Shown: positions 62,798 through 64,000 of the stretch, piece by piece
How the letters are laid out: each line of letters starts with the position of its first letter
How positions within the stretch are numbered: the stretch's first letter is position 1
DNA from: an uncultured Methanosarcinales archaeon
GTDB lineage: Archaea; Nanobdellota; Nanobdellia; Woesearchaeales; UBA11576
Assembly: GCA_964563755.1 (NCBI GenBank)
Contig: CAZLYC010000006.1
Span: 3,099 to 67,098, forward strand
Reading direction: 5' to 3'
Length of the DNA stretch: 64,000 bases
Notes under the pieces: model-generated
What the model saw: the letters and a program-made list of their open reading frames with translations, nothing else
Database searches by the model: none
Told to the model about the DNA's origin: nothing
Position numbers and translations under genes: made by a program

Positions 62798-64000
62798 TCA
62801 ACCGAAGAACTGGCCCAGCTTGCTCTGTTTCTTCTCTCCGACAAGCTCTTCTGAGCTGTAGCCGAATACCTCGAATATCTTCTCTACTGCGGGTATGACC
62901 TGGTTAGTTATGTAGTAGTCTGCATCATACTCTCCTTTCTTGACCTCGCCAGGCAGCTTTGCCCTGTCACGTATCTTCTCTTTTCCTGAAGTGACTACAT
63001 AATCTATTATCATGCCTGGGTATATGTCGACTCCTTTTGCCTTGAGCCGTTTAGCCGCTGCTACATGAGGACCGACTGATCCGTAAGACTCTATGCCTTT
63101 CGTGAGTTGTGTTGATATTGTAACATCCTCGGTTGCGCAGTTCTTGTCTTTCAGGTCGTTCACGACTTTCCTGACGTACTCGTATGCTTTCTTGACATTG
63201 TTCTCCTTGAGTATTATCCCTATCACTTCTTCCTGCGTCCTCTTTGCGATTGGGCTGACATTCCTCCTTACTGTCTCGAATCCCTTAATCTTTATGTTGT
63301 CCTCTTCATCTATCAGTGCGTATTTTTTCTTCGCTCCTGCCTCTGCCTCTTTTATCGATACGAACAATGCTCTTTTGTAGCTGCCCTGGAAATCGAGTTC
63401 CATCATTCCCGGAAGCTTCGTGTTTATGTCCTCGCAGAACTTGAGCGCGTCTTCCTTTGTCTTGCCTTTGAGGTGAAGGAATATTGAATCAGTGTCTGAG
63501 TACAGCACGTCAAAGCCTTTTTCTTTCGCGCCATCTATCACCTTGTGGATGTAGTGCCTTCCGTATGCTGTGACGCTTCTTGCGCAGTCCTTGTTGTACC
63601 ATCTGGCCGCGAAGAAACCGAGGTAACCGTAGAATGAATTGGACAATGTTTTCAGTGATTCCTGTCTTGCGTCAAGGAATACTTTCTTCTTCTTGTCCGC
63701 GGTCTTCATTATCTCCTTGACCCTCATCCTCCTTGTGATTATGTCTTTTAGGACTGATGAGAAGAATCCTTCTTTCTTCTTGCAGAACCATAGTTCTTTG
63801 TCTTCTATCGGGACTTTCTCTTTTCCCTTGCAGCAGTCGCAGTTGAGTGTCTCTATGCTTATGTTATGTGACACAATTATAGACGGGTAAAGGCTCCTGA
63901 AGTCGAACACGACAAGATTCTCGTAGAGTCCAGGCTTAGGTTCAAAAACGAATGCTCCTTTTATCCTCTCGCTCATCCTTGTCTCGAGGACGTCATTGTG
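62798..64000 (-). CDS. polB: DNA polymerase family B, C-terminal part. The gene continues beyond the right window edge
   Basis: Motif A-like DFRSLYPSII, motif C YSDTDSIFL, KKKYA region. The frame stays open upstream of the listed Met to position 64000. Confidence 0.9.
   Translation of the reverse strand, partial: HNDVLETRMSERIKGAFVFEPKPGLYENLVVFDFRSLYPSIIVSHNISIETLNCDCCKGKEKVPIEDKELWFCKKKEGFFSSVLKDIITRRMRVKEIMKTADKKKKVFLDARQESLKTLSNSFYGYLGFFAARWYNKDCARSVTAYGRHYIHKVIDGAKEKGFDVLYSDTDSIFLHLKGKTKEDALKFCEDINTKLPGMMELDFQGSYKRALFVSIKEAEAGAKKKYALIDEEDNIKIKGFETVRRNVSPIAKRTQEEVIGIILKENNVKKAYEYVRKVVNDLKDKNCATEDVTISTQLTKGIESYGSVGPHVAAAKRLKAKGVDIYPGMIIDYVVTSGKEKIRDRAKLPGEVKKGEYDADYYITNQVIPAVEKIFEVFGYSSEELVGEKKQSKLGQFFG

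Noticed and set aside
1-64000. CRISPR arrays, rRNA genes, integrases or transposases
   Set aside because: No regular direct-repeat/spacer arrays, no rRNA-like segments and no recombinase-like ORFs were found. The repeats present are palindromic dispersed elements, not CRISPR.

Overview
This window looks like a moderately AT-rich archaeal chromosome segment. Archaeal markers are rpoH with a split rpoB2/rpoB1 at the left edge (rpoB1 truncated by the window), ribosomal proteins S12, S7 and L15e, a form III RuBisCO large subunit, Rad50 with a zinc hook, a partial family-B DNA polymerase at the right edge, and tRNA genes carrying archaeal BHB-type introns. Coding density is high on both strands. 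Many genes look bacterial: a fused GMP synthase, FolD, a DEAD-box helicase, a lytic transglycosylase, a DUF333 lipoprotein and a YkgJ CxxCxxCC protein. Together with the giant Thr/Ser-rich surface proteins and the intron-rich tRNAs, this fits a small-genome (possibly DPANN-like) archaeon. That lineage call is inference only.

The most striking feature not explained by genes is a family of about 95-105 bp GC-rich palindromic elements. At least 10 copies of two related types occur at 6 intergenic loci, often as adjacent A+B pairs.

Other points of interest:
- Two neighbouring tRNAs (Lys, Asp) have T-loop introns at position 59/60. The Lys tRNA also seems to carry D-loop and anticodon-loop introns. 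A tRNA-Tyr has a canonical 57-nt intron.
- An archaeal SLT-domain lytic transglycosylase.
- A three-gene zinc-ribbon / unknown / PIN operon.
- Tandem small paralogs sharing a Cys-containing C-terminal motif.
- A 989-aa membrane-anchored PP2C phosphatase.
- A divergent pair of giant surface proteins.
- An orphan AbiEii-like nucleotidyltransferase beside polB.
- A 33-aa poly-Asp micro-ORF.

No CRISPR array, rRNA or obvious prophage was seen.
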